Position numbers and translations under genes: made by a program
The notes under the pieces: model-generated
The model's input: only the letters and a program-made list of their open reading frames with translations
The model's database searches: none
What the model was told of the DNA's origin: nothing
Part shown: in pieces, positions 52,151 to 64,000 of the stretch
How the letters are laid out: each line of letters begins with the position of its first letter
Position numbering within the stretch: position 1 is the first letter of the stretch
Assembly (NCBI GenBank): GCA_002633005.1
Contig: NMRA01000977.1
Location: 3,288-67,287, forward strand
Origin: Phoronis australis
Lineage: Eukaryota > Animalia > Phoronida
Direction: 5' to 3'
DNA length: 64,000 nt

Positions 52151-53594
52151 TGTACATACGATTTAATATTGTGTTTAACCAGTAGCACTAGATCATCTGC
52201 AGGGATTGCTGAAATGTCTAAGTCATGTTATTCTGTTTGCTCTTTTACAGCTGTATTGTAAAATTCTGTAAAAAAATGGTGGGGCTTATCATCAACTGTG
52301 TCTGCCTGTTTGTGCTCATGTACAATGAATTGTCTTTTGCAGGAAGTACTTGACGACAACATTGTCACTCAGCACTGCTATGTGGATTGTACAACAGAAG
52401 TTGGCCCGTGTTCATGGTATGTAACTTGCCTTCTGTAAATCAGTATTTTGAAGCCAATCCAAGGCAAAACTGACGCCGTTAGCTTGAATTTTTGAACAGA
52501 GTAACTCTCTTATCATAATTAAATGTGCAAAAGTTCTCTTAGTAAAATTAGTGTCCAATGTCTATAGTGGGAAAGTTTGCACAGAATTACACTTTTTTCT
52601 TCTCGAATGTAATTTATATTCTGATCTATGTGTGCTTTTGTTACCAAGATACGATAAGGTGGACGAGATAGTGTTAAGAGATATTTTATTGACTCGTGCT
52701 TTAACTAACTTGAGAAAAGTTGCTAGATATTTAATTAATGCGGAGAAACGCCGAAATGAGTTCCTTGATATGAATTAATTTATATTTGAAAAATCTTGTA
52801 CTCTATGTATTATACATTTGTAATGTGGGCCGGAGGCCTGTGACATGAAATAAACCTATCACTTTCTGGGAGAGGGTGGTGGGGAAGGGAAGTATATTTT
52901 ACAATCTAGTGTGAGAGAGGAGAGTTGTAAGGGTAATAATTATCACATAATCTATTTGTCAACCATGTTGAAAATGAGAGTGAGAGTGTAAGAGAAGGGA
53001 TAGGTATTGCCATGACAACCAGTGTGATCACACTTACTACAGTATGAGAGGGAATGTGGGTTTTATCACACTTGTCACACTTCTGTTGTATTACGTACGG
53101 TAAAGCCTAACTTCAATGGAATTTTATTATTTTAGGTGTATTGGGCTAACCAGATAGTCCTAGCAAAGCCTTAGTTAAATAAGAAAACCCAAGTTCAATC
53201 ATGCAAATGTAAGCCTGTCAGATGAAAGGTGAAGCTGCCCTTTCCTACCCTGTTGCATGCATCACTGCAAGATCCCAGCTCAGTAACAAAAGGCTGTGTT
53301 GCATAGGGGTCTGAATAGAACACCATAGCCTGTGTGTGCTATTCGCAGCTGTTTGAATAAAAAGGTGATTCTTACGGTGATGTAGACAAAAACAAGGCAA
53401 TACGCATAACAGCTGGCAGTTTATAGCACTAGAGGGATCAGAGCGATGCTCTTAACGTATGACAGGAACCAAATTTACAGTTGTTACCATTGAAGATAGG
53501 CTTTAAGGTCTGTAGTTGTAAGAACCTTGTCACAAGTCAAACGTGTTGCATTGTTTTGCACTCACCGGAACTAGCCATAACTGTTGTTATGAAT

Positions 53595-53979
53595 CAGGGC
53601 TTGGAATTTTCCGCGGAAACGCGGATTTCCGCTTTTTTCAAATGTTCTGTCTGCGCATTTTATTATATTCCGCGTAAAAAAAATCGGATTTGATATAAAA
53701 TTTCCGCGGCAAATTCTTTTTTACCGTGGCGTTGCCGACGAAGTTCACCTCGAAAAGCGGAAGTTGCTCTTTATGTTTCGGAGGAATGTAAATTGTCGAT
53801 ATTGCCGGGGCATCTGGGATAGCGTGGTGGGATTTTCAATGGTGTCCCGTGTGATTGTAAACCGCGGTGACAAATACTACGGCGAAAGGTTCATATCGAC
53901 TATTTCAAGTCCGGGTAGCGCACATGTTTTGGGCCTTAAACGTTTCCGCGTTTTTTGTCATTGGTCATTCCAAGCCCTG
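53595..53979. mobile_element. hAT-like MITE with 6-bp TSD
   Basis: TIR CAGGGCTTGGAAT...ATTCCAAGCCCTG; flanks ATGAAT / ATAAAT. Confidence 0.85.
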
Positions 53980-54204
53980 ATAAATGTAAACATATTCTGT
54001 ATTATTGCTTATCTTTGTTCTACGTAGTTTTCACCTGGACTATCGTTTTGTTTGTATCGCACCGCATTGTTTTGACTCGTAGTTCTGAGTTCGAATTCTT
54101 ACATCGGCAAATTTTGATCCCGTGTGTCGAGTTCAAACTCCTAGGACGCGAGTCATTTCTGCAGCAAGACTACTCTTCATGAACTTTTTGTTATTCGAAT
54201 GACG

Positions 54205-54683
54205 TTCAATTTTTATGTTGTGGAAAATGCATATTTGTCCCCTGTTTTACCAGGGATGGTATGGCTCACTGGTGAGGGTCAAGGAGTGAACCCCTGGAGC
54301 TGCACGCATGTTCTTGTGTCCTCGGGCAAGGCACTTAACTAAACTGCCCCAGCGAACTCTGCTGTAAAAATTAGTTGCAGCCATGGTTGGAATACATGTA
54401 ATTGCAGTAGTGGACTAATGTTCTATCCAGGGTATTTCAATTTTTATGTTGTGGAAAACGCATATTTGTGCTTGTCCCCCCTGTCCTCTATCAAGGATGG
54501 TATGGCTCACTGATGAGGGTCAAGGGGTGAACCCCCTGGAGCTGCACACATGTTCTTGTGTCCTTGGGCAAGGCACTTAACTAAACTGCCCCAGCGAACT
54601 CTGCTGTAAAAATGAGTTGCAGCCATGGTTGGAATACATGTAATTGCAGTAGTGAACTAATGTTCTATCCAGGGTTTTTCAAT
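54205..54683 (+). repeat. Tandem dimer of a decayed tRNA-derived SINE
   Basis: Two ~235-bp units; A-box-like TGGCTCACTGG; central TTGTGTCCTTGGGCAAGGCACTTAAC; TTCAAT at the junctions. Confidence 0.7.
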
Positions 54684-54949
54684 GACTTTCATCGTGCTCA
54701 GTGAGTCTTATGGCTTGTGAAGGGTCCACTTTGTACTGGGCCCATCCATTGCCTTGTATTAGGTACTGTGAAGAGTTCATTGGTTCACATCTCTGGTCAT
54801 TGTGGCTGGACATACACAGATCGTTGTCATTACAAGCATTGCACTGAACTAAATGTTATAGAATCAGACATGATGTTGGGAGTGGTCAGGCCTGATTAAA
54901 TCTTGCCTTCAAACTGTGAATGCTATACATGTTTGCAGGGTCAGGTCTG

Positions 54950-56560
54950 CCTATTTACAAGGCCTGGGTCAAATGTTTCCCCTCAGGCCTGGACAAGCCT
55001 AATTAATTTCATAAAACTCCTGCTGGCAACCTGTGTTGAAGAGTGGAGTGCAGTCACTCTGATATGTCTTCAGGAAACAATATTAAGAAATGACACTGGT
55101 TACTGAGGCCTCACTGAAGCTGCAAGTCCTGATGGGGCTTTTAAAAGACAACGGTGAATCTCATGACCTGCATTAAGACCCAGGGTTTACCTGAGCCTAC
55201 GTAAAGCCTTGTATGGTCGCTGTGAGATCTATGCCTTCATAGGACTCCCAAAAAATGGACACCCAGTCCCCTGGGGCAGGACTGTGTCGAATAAGGCCTG
55301 GGCAAAACAGTTTTGTAACTAGAGTGCATTCAACCCGGGCTGGCAACCTGTGGTGAAGAGAGAAATGCAAGCTCTTTAAAATGGCTTCAGGAGACAGTAT
55401 AAAGATATGGCATGGTTACTGTGGCCTCACAGTAGCCTCAAGTTCCGACGGAGCTTGTAAAAGACAACGCTAAATCTCATGACATAAGATCCAGCCCTCT
55501 GTGGTCGTGCGAGATCTGTGCCTTCATATGACTCGCAAAAAATGGAGACCCAGTCCCCTGGGGCAGGACTGTGTCCAATAAGGCCTGGACAAAACAGTTT
55601 GTAACTAGAGTGCATTCAACCCGGGCTGGCAACCTGTGGTGAAGAAAGAAATGGAAGCTCTTTAAAATGGCTTCAGGAGACAGTATAATGGCATGGTTAC
55701 TGTGGCCTCACAGTAGCCTCAAGTTCCGACGGAGCTTGTAAAAGACCACGCTAAATCTCATGACATAAGATCCAGCCCCCTGTGGTCGTGCGAGATCTGT
55801 GCCTTCATATGACTCGCAAAAAATGGACACCCAGTCCCCTGGGGCAGGACTGTGTCCAATAAGGCCTGGACAAAACAGTTTGTAACTAGAATGCATTCAA
55901 CCCGGGCTGGCAACCTGTGGTGAAGAAAGAAATGGAAGCTCTTTAAAATGGCTTCAGGAGACAGTATAATGGCATGGTTACTGTGGCCTCACAGTAGCCT
56001 CAAGTTCCGACGGAGCTTGTAAAAGACAACGCTAAATCTCATGACATAAGATCCAGCCCTCTGTGGTCGTGCGAGATCTGTGCCTTCATATGACTCGCAA
56101 AAAATGGACACCCAGTCCCCTCGGGCAGGACTGTGTCCAATAAGGCCTGGACAAAACAGTTTGTAACTAGAGTGCATTCAACCCGGGCTGGCAACCTGTG
56201 GTGAAGAAAGAAATGGAAGCTCTTTAAAATGGCTTCAGGAGACAGTATAATGGCATGGTTACTGTGGCCTCACAGTAGCCTCAAGTTCCGACGGAGCTCG
56301 TAAAAGACAACGCTGAATGTCATGACATAAGATCTAACTGTCTGTGGTCGCTGTGAGATCTGTGCCTTCACAGAACTTACAAAAATGGAAACCCATTCCA
56401 AGGAGCAGCAATGTCTCGTTAAAATAGTTTGCAGAAAGGCCTGGGCAAAACGGTTTGTAACTGAGTGCATTCAACCCGGGCTGGCAACCTGTGGTTAACC
56501 AGGAGACTGTAAAAAGATGTGGCATACGTTACTGTGGCCTCACAGTAGCCGCAAGCTCTG
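54950..56560. repeat. 281-bp tandem satellite
   Basis: Period 281 (55427/55708/55989/56270); near-identical central copies, diverged flanking copies. Confidence 0.95.
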
Positions 56561-57046
56561 ATGTGCTTGTAAAAAACCAACATTTAGTCTTGTGCAGGCT
56601 TGCAGTTATTGGCGCACGTTTCTGATGTATATGTCGGTCAAACGACGAGTTCCGCCTCAGACCACCCACTGGACACTTCCCTGTCATGTTTCACTCACAT
56701 GTTTGACATCATGATCAATTGCACCAAGTCTCTTATTCTTAGGCTTCACAGTCATGTATTCATCATGCTTTGTATGCAAAGATAAACAGCTGTTGTTAGT
56801 GTTCATTCTTTTCAGCATGACTTGCTTTGAGTGTTCCTTGTAACATGATTTTACCTTCACCTGATAATGCTGATTGCAATTATTATCATCTCTGTTGAAG
56901 TTAGTGTCAACACATTATACCTTGTCAGTAATTGGACAATTAATGTTTTCTGAGGTGATGCTAAATTTTACAATACTCATCATTTGTTGTGAAGTGTTGG
57001 TACTGTAATGATGAATTCTGTGTGTGCTTTGATTTAGGGGTCATGT

Positions 57047-57305
57047 TGTCTGATTACTGTACACTGTCATGTCTGATTACTGTACACTGTCATGTCTGAT
57101 TACTGTACACTGTCATGTCTGATTACTGTACACTGTCATGTCTGATTACTGTACACTGTCACGTTGTCTGATTACTGTACACTGTCATGTCTGATTACTG
57201 TACACTGTCACGTCTGATTACTGTACACTGTCATGTCTGATTACTGTACACTGTCATGTCTGATTACTGTACACTGTCGCGTTGTCTGATTACTGTACAC
57301 TGTCA
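57047..57305. repeat. 23-bp minisatellite
   Basis: TGTCTGATTACTGTACACTGTCA x ~11. Confidence 0.97.
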
Positions 57306-57507
57306 TCTCCACGGATATCTTGTGCTTTTGAAACTTACTTATTCTTCTTACTCGCCATAAGTCATTCACATCAAGGGACCTATGTCCTGTACTGTAAGAT
57401 ATCAATGTGCCGATTTAGTATGTCACATATATGCACATGTATGCACTCCCAAGTTTGGGTAAGAGGGCTCCAACATTCTGACTGAATTTTTGTAATCTGC
57501 CAGTGAT

Positions 57508-57715
57508 CTGGGTAGCTCAGTGGACTAGAGTGTCTGCTATAGTCCGGGTTCGACCCCAAGTTGGACAGACCTCTTTTGAGACTTAACAATTGTTAGTTGT
57601 TACGGGATGAGATGTCCCTTTTATAGGTCTGATTGAATTTCTGTCATCAACCGACCATCCTGATGCTCAGTGTACTAGAGTGTCTGCATGGTTTCGAGCC
57701 CTGGTCGGGACAGAA
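57508..57715 (+). repeat. Two decayed tRNA-like SINE heads
   Basis: TAGCTCAGTGGACTAGAG...GGTTCGACCCC and GCTCAGTGTACTAGAG...GTTTCGAGCCC (A/B boxes). Confidence 0.5.
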
Positions 57716-58945
57716 ATCTTATCAAACTTTCGAGTCTCATCCACTCACAGATGTCCTTAGACCAACTTGCGCTTGTGTAACTTACCCCACCTTTACATGG
57801 AGAGTCCACACGTACACACACACACCCCCACACCCACACATGATTACTAGGGTAAGGTGGAAGTTGTCGCTCTGTGCGTGACAATGAACAGCTGATGCGA
57901 ATAGAGCATGCAAGAGAAGACTCGTCTATATAACCACTGCTGTTCATTACTTCCACCTTGCCCAAGGTTCGCGACCATATGGTGATCAGAAGTGGTGCAA
58001 GTTACCTAGAACAAGTTGCTCTACTTGAATAAGGTGGAGTAAGTTGTCACAAGTAACGTAAGTTGCACTAGTTCAATTAGCACACACTGCCTCCAAACCT
58101 AGTGTCAACTTGCTCCAGGAGTAAGTTGTTCTAGGGCAAGTCGGTGTGTGGACTGCACTCGGGTCATGTGATGTGAGTGACATGCGGTGTGTAAGAAGAC
58201 CCATGATTCTTAATTGTAATGTTACAGTGCTGTTTTTTTTTGGCAGCTGAATTACTTACAGCTTTCAGGGTTCCCCCTGGGTTTCGAAATATTCATGGTG
58301 GGGAATGGTTCTGGTAGATGCCGAGACAGATGCCACATTCAAGTGTAATTGTGTGATCTGGGTGTATGAAGTGGTCACGCCAGGAGAAGGCTTCTGTGCC
58401 CGGTTGAATGAAAAAGTCGCAGACGGAGACTACAAAGTTCCCTGAATCTACTGCGGACTTCATGCAACACCCCTAATTTAAGGACTCGGGGGGGGGCCCC
58501 TTATTACTTAGTTCTTAGTTATATTGTTAGACGTCATTAGTAAAAAAGGAGCTCAAAACGAAGATATAATAATAGAAAAAATAATACATTTGTGAGTAAA
58601 GAATGAAACTAATACGCAAAAGAACTTAGTTGGGTCTCTATGTCATGGAATCGGGCTTTGATTAATATTGAATTGGATGTTTTATGAGTTTATGTTTGAC
58701 TTTATTAACAAGTGTGTGTGTATAGCCAAATAACAAAACACCAGATTTCAACTCACAAATCCAATTGTACATTTCTGAGATGATCTAAATTTGTCTTACA
58801 TTACCTCAAGGATATTTTTGTTGAAGATTTTGACAAAATGCAATGTCATGCGTGCTTAATTGGTGATGAGTTGGTCTTGTTCCTTACTCAGAATAGTTAG
58901 GTCTTGCGTTAGTGTGGACTGACAGTTCATTATTACTTGAGGTGA

Positions 58946-59260
58946 GGCACAGTAAAATGACTGGTCATTTTGAGCGTTGAGAACGTTAAAGCACAGTAAA
59001 ATGACTGGTCATTTTGAGCGTTGAGAGCGTTAAAGCACTGTAAAATGACTGGTCATTTTGAGCGTTGAGAACGTTAAAGCACTGTAAAATGACTGGTCAT
59101 TTTGAGCGTTGAGAGCGTTAAGACACTGTAAAATGACTGGTCATTTTGAGCGTTGAGAACGTTAAAGCACTGTAAAATGACTGGTCATTTTGAGCGTTGA
59201 GAGCGTTAAGGCACTGTAAAATGACTGGTCATTTTGGGCGTTGAGAGCATTAAGGCACTG
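58946..59260. repeat. 44-bp minisatellite with internal palindrome
   Basis: 7 units with AAAATGAC-TG-GTCATTTT; starts at 58953, 58997, 59041... Confidence 0.97.
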
Positions 59261-59434
59261 CCCAAGCAGTACTCCATACTGGTCGACTAGGGCTTCCATA
59301 TTGCTTTCATTGCACAAAGTAAATATATGTCTGCATTCTGTAGATGCAGGAACTCGCATAAATGTAATACGGTAGTTCCTCAAGTTTACAAGATGTCATG
59401 CATTATAAACAAAGCACGTGATCTCGCCATTGTC

Positions 59435-59566
59435 TTGCATCTGTGGAAAGCAACTTGCACCTGTAACTTGCATCTATGGAAAGCAACTTGCACCTGTAAC
59501 TTGCATCTATGGAAAGCAACTCACACCTGTAACTTGCATCTATGGAAAGCAACTCGCACCTGTAAC
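59435..59566. repeat. 33-bp VNTR (4 copies)
   Basis: TTGCATCTATGGAAAGCAACTTGCACCTGTAAC x4; single copy at ~60204. Confidence 0.95.
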
Positions 59567-59977
59567 CCTCATTGAGTCTCACCTCCAGTAATCGTGAATT
59601 GTCAGTTACCTATTTCTGTTGTAGAAGTCATGCTCATCGCGTACCTTACAAGAAGACACAACTCGTTTGCCGAGGGTTCATGTGAGATGTCCTGCTGGAA
59701 AATGATTCTCTTGTCTGTTATGCTGACAAACTTCGAGATCTCAGTGGTATAGTTACTCATAATGTAGAGCTCCCATGTGATGCCATTTTTAAATTTTTTT
59801 TGCATCCACAGCTGTATTTCCTAAACATCTCGTTGCTAACAATTGCATTCATGTATGAAAATAGCAAGACATCACAACTTTTTTGGATGGATCTGGCTAA
59901 TACTGTGTCTTCTAGTGGCAATTCCATTTTTTCTTTTGCCTCTTTATCTTTTTATGGAGGTGGAAGATCTCTTTTTN

Positions 59978-60646
59978 ACATTAAAGCACTGTAAATGACT
60001 GGTCATTTTGAGCGTTGAGAGCATTAAGGCACTGCCCAAGTAGTACTCCATACTGGTCGACTAGGGCTTCCATATTGCTTTCATTGCACAAAGTAAATAT
60101 ATGTCTGCATTCTGTAGATGCAGGAACTCGCATAAATGTAATAGTTCCTCAAGTCTACAAGATGTCATGCATTATAAAAAAAGCATGTGATCTGGCCATT
60201 GTCTTGCATCTATGGAAAGCAACTCGCACCTGTAACCCTCATTGAGTCTCACCTCCAGTAATCGTGAATTGTCAGTTACCTATTTCTGTTGTAGAAGTCA
60301 TGCTCATCGAGTACCTTAGAAGAAGACACAACTCGTTTGCCGAGGGTTCATGTGAGATGTCCTGCTGGAAAATGATTCTCTTGTCTGTTATGCTGACAGA
60401 CTTCGAGATCTCAGTGGTATAGTTACTCATAATGTAGAGCTCCCATGTGATGCCATTTTTAAATTTTTTTTGCATCCACAGCTGTATTTCCTAAACATCT
60501 CGTTGCTAACAATTGCATTCATGTATGAAAATAGCAAGACATCACAACTTTTTTGGATGGATCTGGCTAATACTGTGTCTTCTAGTGGCAATTCCATTTT
60601 TTCTTTTGCCTCTTTATCTTTTTATGGAGGTGGAAGATCTCTTTTT
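59978..60646. repeat. Duplicate of ~59205-59976 across N join
   Basis: Near-identical sequence on either side of N at 59977. Confidence 0.9.
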
Positions 60647-61452
60647 CAGACGAGTTCAACATGTGCATCGCCTTGCAAACATTTTTATAAATCAAAATTT
60701 TTTCACTAGCTTAAATTCTTTTGAAACTTCATTTCATAGGCAACACAGTGAAGAGATACATGATCGTTTGCCAGAGTTTTGCAATTATTGGGTCATAACA
60801 TTGTCAACCAATCTGACATAACGAGTCATAATACAGAATGCCATGTGTGGAAGAAATGGTACATATTTGATGACACATGATGTATGTCTGCTTCTTTGTT
60901 ACAGATTTAACAATTGGTTCTCAAAACTGCTACTTAAGACGGATTCTGTTCTTAAACCTGCTGTGGTACAGAATGAGGTATTGCCAGAACTGGCTCGTAG
61001 GATGAATTATGGCGCAGTATTGGCAGAGCTGGCTCGTAGGATGCAATATGGCGCAGTATATGGCGCAGTATGCAGCTGTAAGGGTTGGGCCTGTTTTCAC
61101 ATACTTAACTGTTATAAAAATTGAGAATCGAGATGTGACATATGGATGCAATGACGTAGTTTGAGTGGCACAAAGAGTGATGAGAATGTGAGCAGAAAAA
61201 CCAGGGTGCACCTTTTTAATGTAATTATACATCACTTGACAAGTCCTGACATTTCTAACTTGCTTACTTTGTGCAGCTTTATCAGCAAAGAAAAACTGGA
61301 TGAAATCGATGGAGGAGGCATTATTTTTATACTTTATTTAATGAGCTCTAGAAGTGAGTGCATCAGAACTAACTATAGTTGTTAGGTCATATACAGTGCC
61401 TGGATTTTCTGTAGATAAGCCCTGTCGGAAAATTATGCTGAATAATCGCTTA

Positions 61453-62629
61453 CCGTATTCGCCGTAATAGCCGCCCGTACCCCTATAAGCGCCTCCCACG
61501 CGTTTTCAGACTTTGCTAAACTAAGCACCCAGTCGATGAACGTGTACGTGCGAAAAATGCCTTGCCTACAGTCCTAAAATTCTACAGTAACGTCTTCATT
61601 TTATCAATATCCGACCGTCCTGAAAAAATCATTGTGCGCAGAATTTGTAGACCACGAGCCTCGCCGCTATGTCGGTATTTAGCCGTGACTATACACTTCA
61701 AACTTCCGCCATGCCTCAAAACGAACACAAAAGTTCTGCTGATATTGCGAGGACTAATGTTCTGGCCTTTCAGAACAGAAGTAGTGTACTTGTCAACGGG
61801 ATTGACTTGTAGATATTTCCCGCTTTCAACAGGAATCAAAATTTCTTTGTAGGTCTACACGTGAAAACTGCTAATAGTAGACTAATGAAAAGCTTGGCCA
61901 TTGTTAAAAGGACGTGGCCAGGAAGCGCGCGCTACGTACATTAACCTGTCATCAAAGACATTAGTCTGGAACTATCCATTTATGAAACTGGTAGCATAGC
62001 ATCGGCAAGAAATGAATATTGGCACTAATTTCCGACAGTTTCTAATGCTATAAAAATGTTTGCGTTATTTTTAAGATGAATTGTTTGATTAACCAATGCA
62101 GACAACTTCAAAACAAACGTTGCGTGACAACAACGTGTGTTCGTCCAGACATTTTTCTCATGTTGCTGATCATACATGTAGATGGCACGATGTACTACCA
62201 CAGATTTGTACTTAAACCTGCCTTGATCCCGTATCCACGGGAACTTAAAAATCTTAGGGACGGTACTTGGAAAACTTAAGGAGGTTCTCGGGTAATTTGC
62301 TTAAGTCGAAACTATTTTTATTCAAGCATTCAAGTCGCCATATCAACGATTGCGAGGCAGGCAGTCGGTGAGTTTTTGCCCTGGGATTGCAGCACAATTT
62401 TCTGTAAAATGATCGTAATGTAGCAGCAAAGTTTGATAGCAATGCACTACGGTTTTGTAGAAAATCTTTCATAGATTACAGATACGTCACAGATCGTAGA
62501 TATGATGAATCTTAGCTTCCGATTTCACCCGTTTTGGAGACCGGGTTACAACGGCCTTGGGTTATAATAATAGCCCCTCCCGAAACGAACTTTTCTAAGC
62601 GCCCTGGGTGGTTATTACGGTGAATACGG
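61453..62629 (-). mobile_element. CCGTA-TIR Tc1/mariner-type element, full copy
   Basis: TA|CCGTATTCGCCGTAATA ... TATTACGGTGAATACGG|TA; empty site in paralog near 41795. Confidence 0.9.
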
Positions 62630-63314
62630 TAGTTTAATAGCATCTGCTGTCAAGTGTCTATATAGTGAGGCTTTCATTTGGAAAATTTCTTCTTAAAAGC
62701 CCACTCATTGGACCAAGTATAAAGCACAAATTCAATTTTGTGGAGCATTTATCATTTATAAACATGGACAAAGTGTTCGCAACCTATGTATTTATTAACG
62801 TAAAATTAAAAGGCGCAGTTTTATGTTAAAAACCAGCGCAGGCTGACTTTCCATTCTGCATGCTTCCCTTTGGGAAGAAACGTGTAAGTGTTAATTTGGT
62901 GTTATTGAAACGTTTGATAATTTTAATTCTCCAAATACACGCCCGTGCGCTTATTTACGGAAAATCCCGGTAAGTTCCTCATTTCCCATATGTATGATTC
63001 ATCTCGTTTCAATGACTGTAGGTGACAGCATGACTGACCAGAAGCTGCAACTGAAGAAGTGGACCATTAGTTGGATGACATCACATGGATAATGGCATGA
63101 GAACCACATGTACTGAAGCACTCACTTGCTGTACATCTATAGGCTGTGTTGTGGTTTGTTAACTATAAATATTTAAGGCAAATGCCAATTCTTGGCAAGT
63201 TTTAGTTGTTCCCACATTCATACAGTGCAAGTCAGGGCACTGGTCACATTTCTTCAAAGGTACTCCTACATGTTTGGTAATGTTCAAATATTTCAGTTTG
63301 TCAACTTTCTAAAN

Positions 63315-63848
63315 GACCTATGTATTTATTAACGTAAAATTAAAAGGCGCAGTTTTATGTTAAAAACCAGCGTAGGCTGACTTTCCATTCTGCATGCTTC
63401 CCTTTGGGAAGATACATGCAGGCGTTAATTTGGTGTTATTGAAACGTTTGATAATTTTAATTCTCCAAATACACGCCCGTGCACTTATTTACAGAAAATC
63501 CCGGTAAGTTCCTCATTTCCCATATGTATGATTCATCTCGTTTCAATGACCGCAGGTGGCAGCATGACTGACCAGAAGCTGCAACTGAAGAAGTGGACCA
63601 TTAGTTGGATGACATCACATGAATAATGGCATGAGAACCACATGCACTGAAGCACTCACTTGCTGTACATCTATAGGCTGTGTTGTGGTTTGTTAACTAT
63701 ATACATTTAAGGCAAATGCCAATTCTTGGCAAGTTTTAGTTGTTCCCACATTCATACAGTGCAAGTCAGGGCACTGGTCACATTTCTTCAAAGGTACTCC
63801 TACATGTTTGGTAATGTTCAAATATTTCAGTTTGTCTACTTTCTAAAG
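63315..63848. repeat. Duplicate of ~62782-63313 across N join
   Basis: Near-identical sequence on either side of N at 63314. Confidence 0.9.
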
Positions 63849-64000
63849 CCTGTGATTAATATAGTGTTGCATAGTATCGGTACTTATCTCATTATTTTAT
63901 GGTGAAAATGATTGTGACATGCTTAGCAAATGAACATAATTCAAAGTTGTTTTTGTTCATCAACAGAATAGGAAGCTTAGGACTTGAAAATGATATACAA

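Noticed and set aside
55427-56470. Repeated 62-66 aa ORFs as a tandem gene family
   Set aside because: By-product of the 281-bp satellite; mostly non-ATG starts, no recognisable domain
57508-57570. Functional tRNA gene
   Set aside because: A/B boxes are present but the anticodon arm and acceptor stem cannot be folded; better read as a SINE head
58946-59260. CRISPR-like palindromic repeats
   Set aside because: The sequence between palindromes is constant (no unique spacers), there are no cas genes, and the context is eukaryotic
59570-60830. Possible decayed coding sequence on the minus strand
   Set aside because: No motif I can recognise in any frame; a translated profile search would be needed
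62782-63848. Real recent tandem duplication
   Set aside because: The junction is a single N; most likely overlapping haplotype contigs

Overview
AT-rich eukaryotic DNA, probably from a marine invertebrate (lophotrochozoan/mollusc-like; inferred from repeat types only). It is essentially a nested transposon graveyard with no confidently recognisable host protein-coding gene. The main elements are: (1) a TTAA-bounded Kolobok-type DNA transposon (34075-39972) pairing a decayed DDD/E transposase with a convergent, apparently intact I-PpoI-like His-Me finger (His-Cys box) homing endonuclease; it resembles KolobokP but I see no long terminal direct repeats; (2) a full-length but decayed ISL2EU/PIF-Harbinger-type element (12911-16787) with THAP-DDE transposase and a convergent SWIM+YqaJ exonuclease gene; (3) hAT-like elements with unusual 5-, 6- and 7-bp target duplications, Merlin-, Harbinger- and Tc1/mariner-type MITEs, Helentron-type repeats, and LINE, piggyBac and SINE remnants; (4) satellites, local duplications, and duplications across single-N joins that look like two haplotypes assembled side by side. 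Family names come from motif, TIR and TSD recognition by eye; no database search was run.
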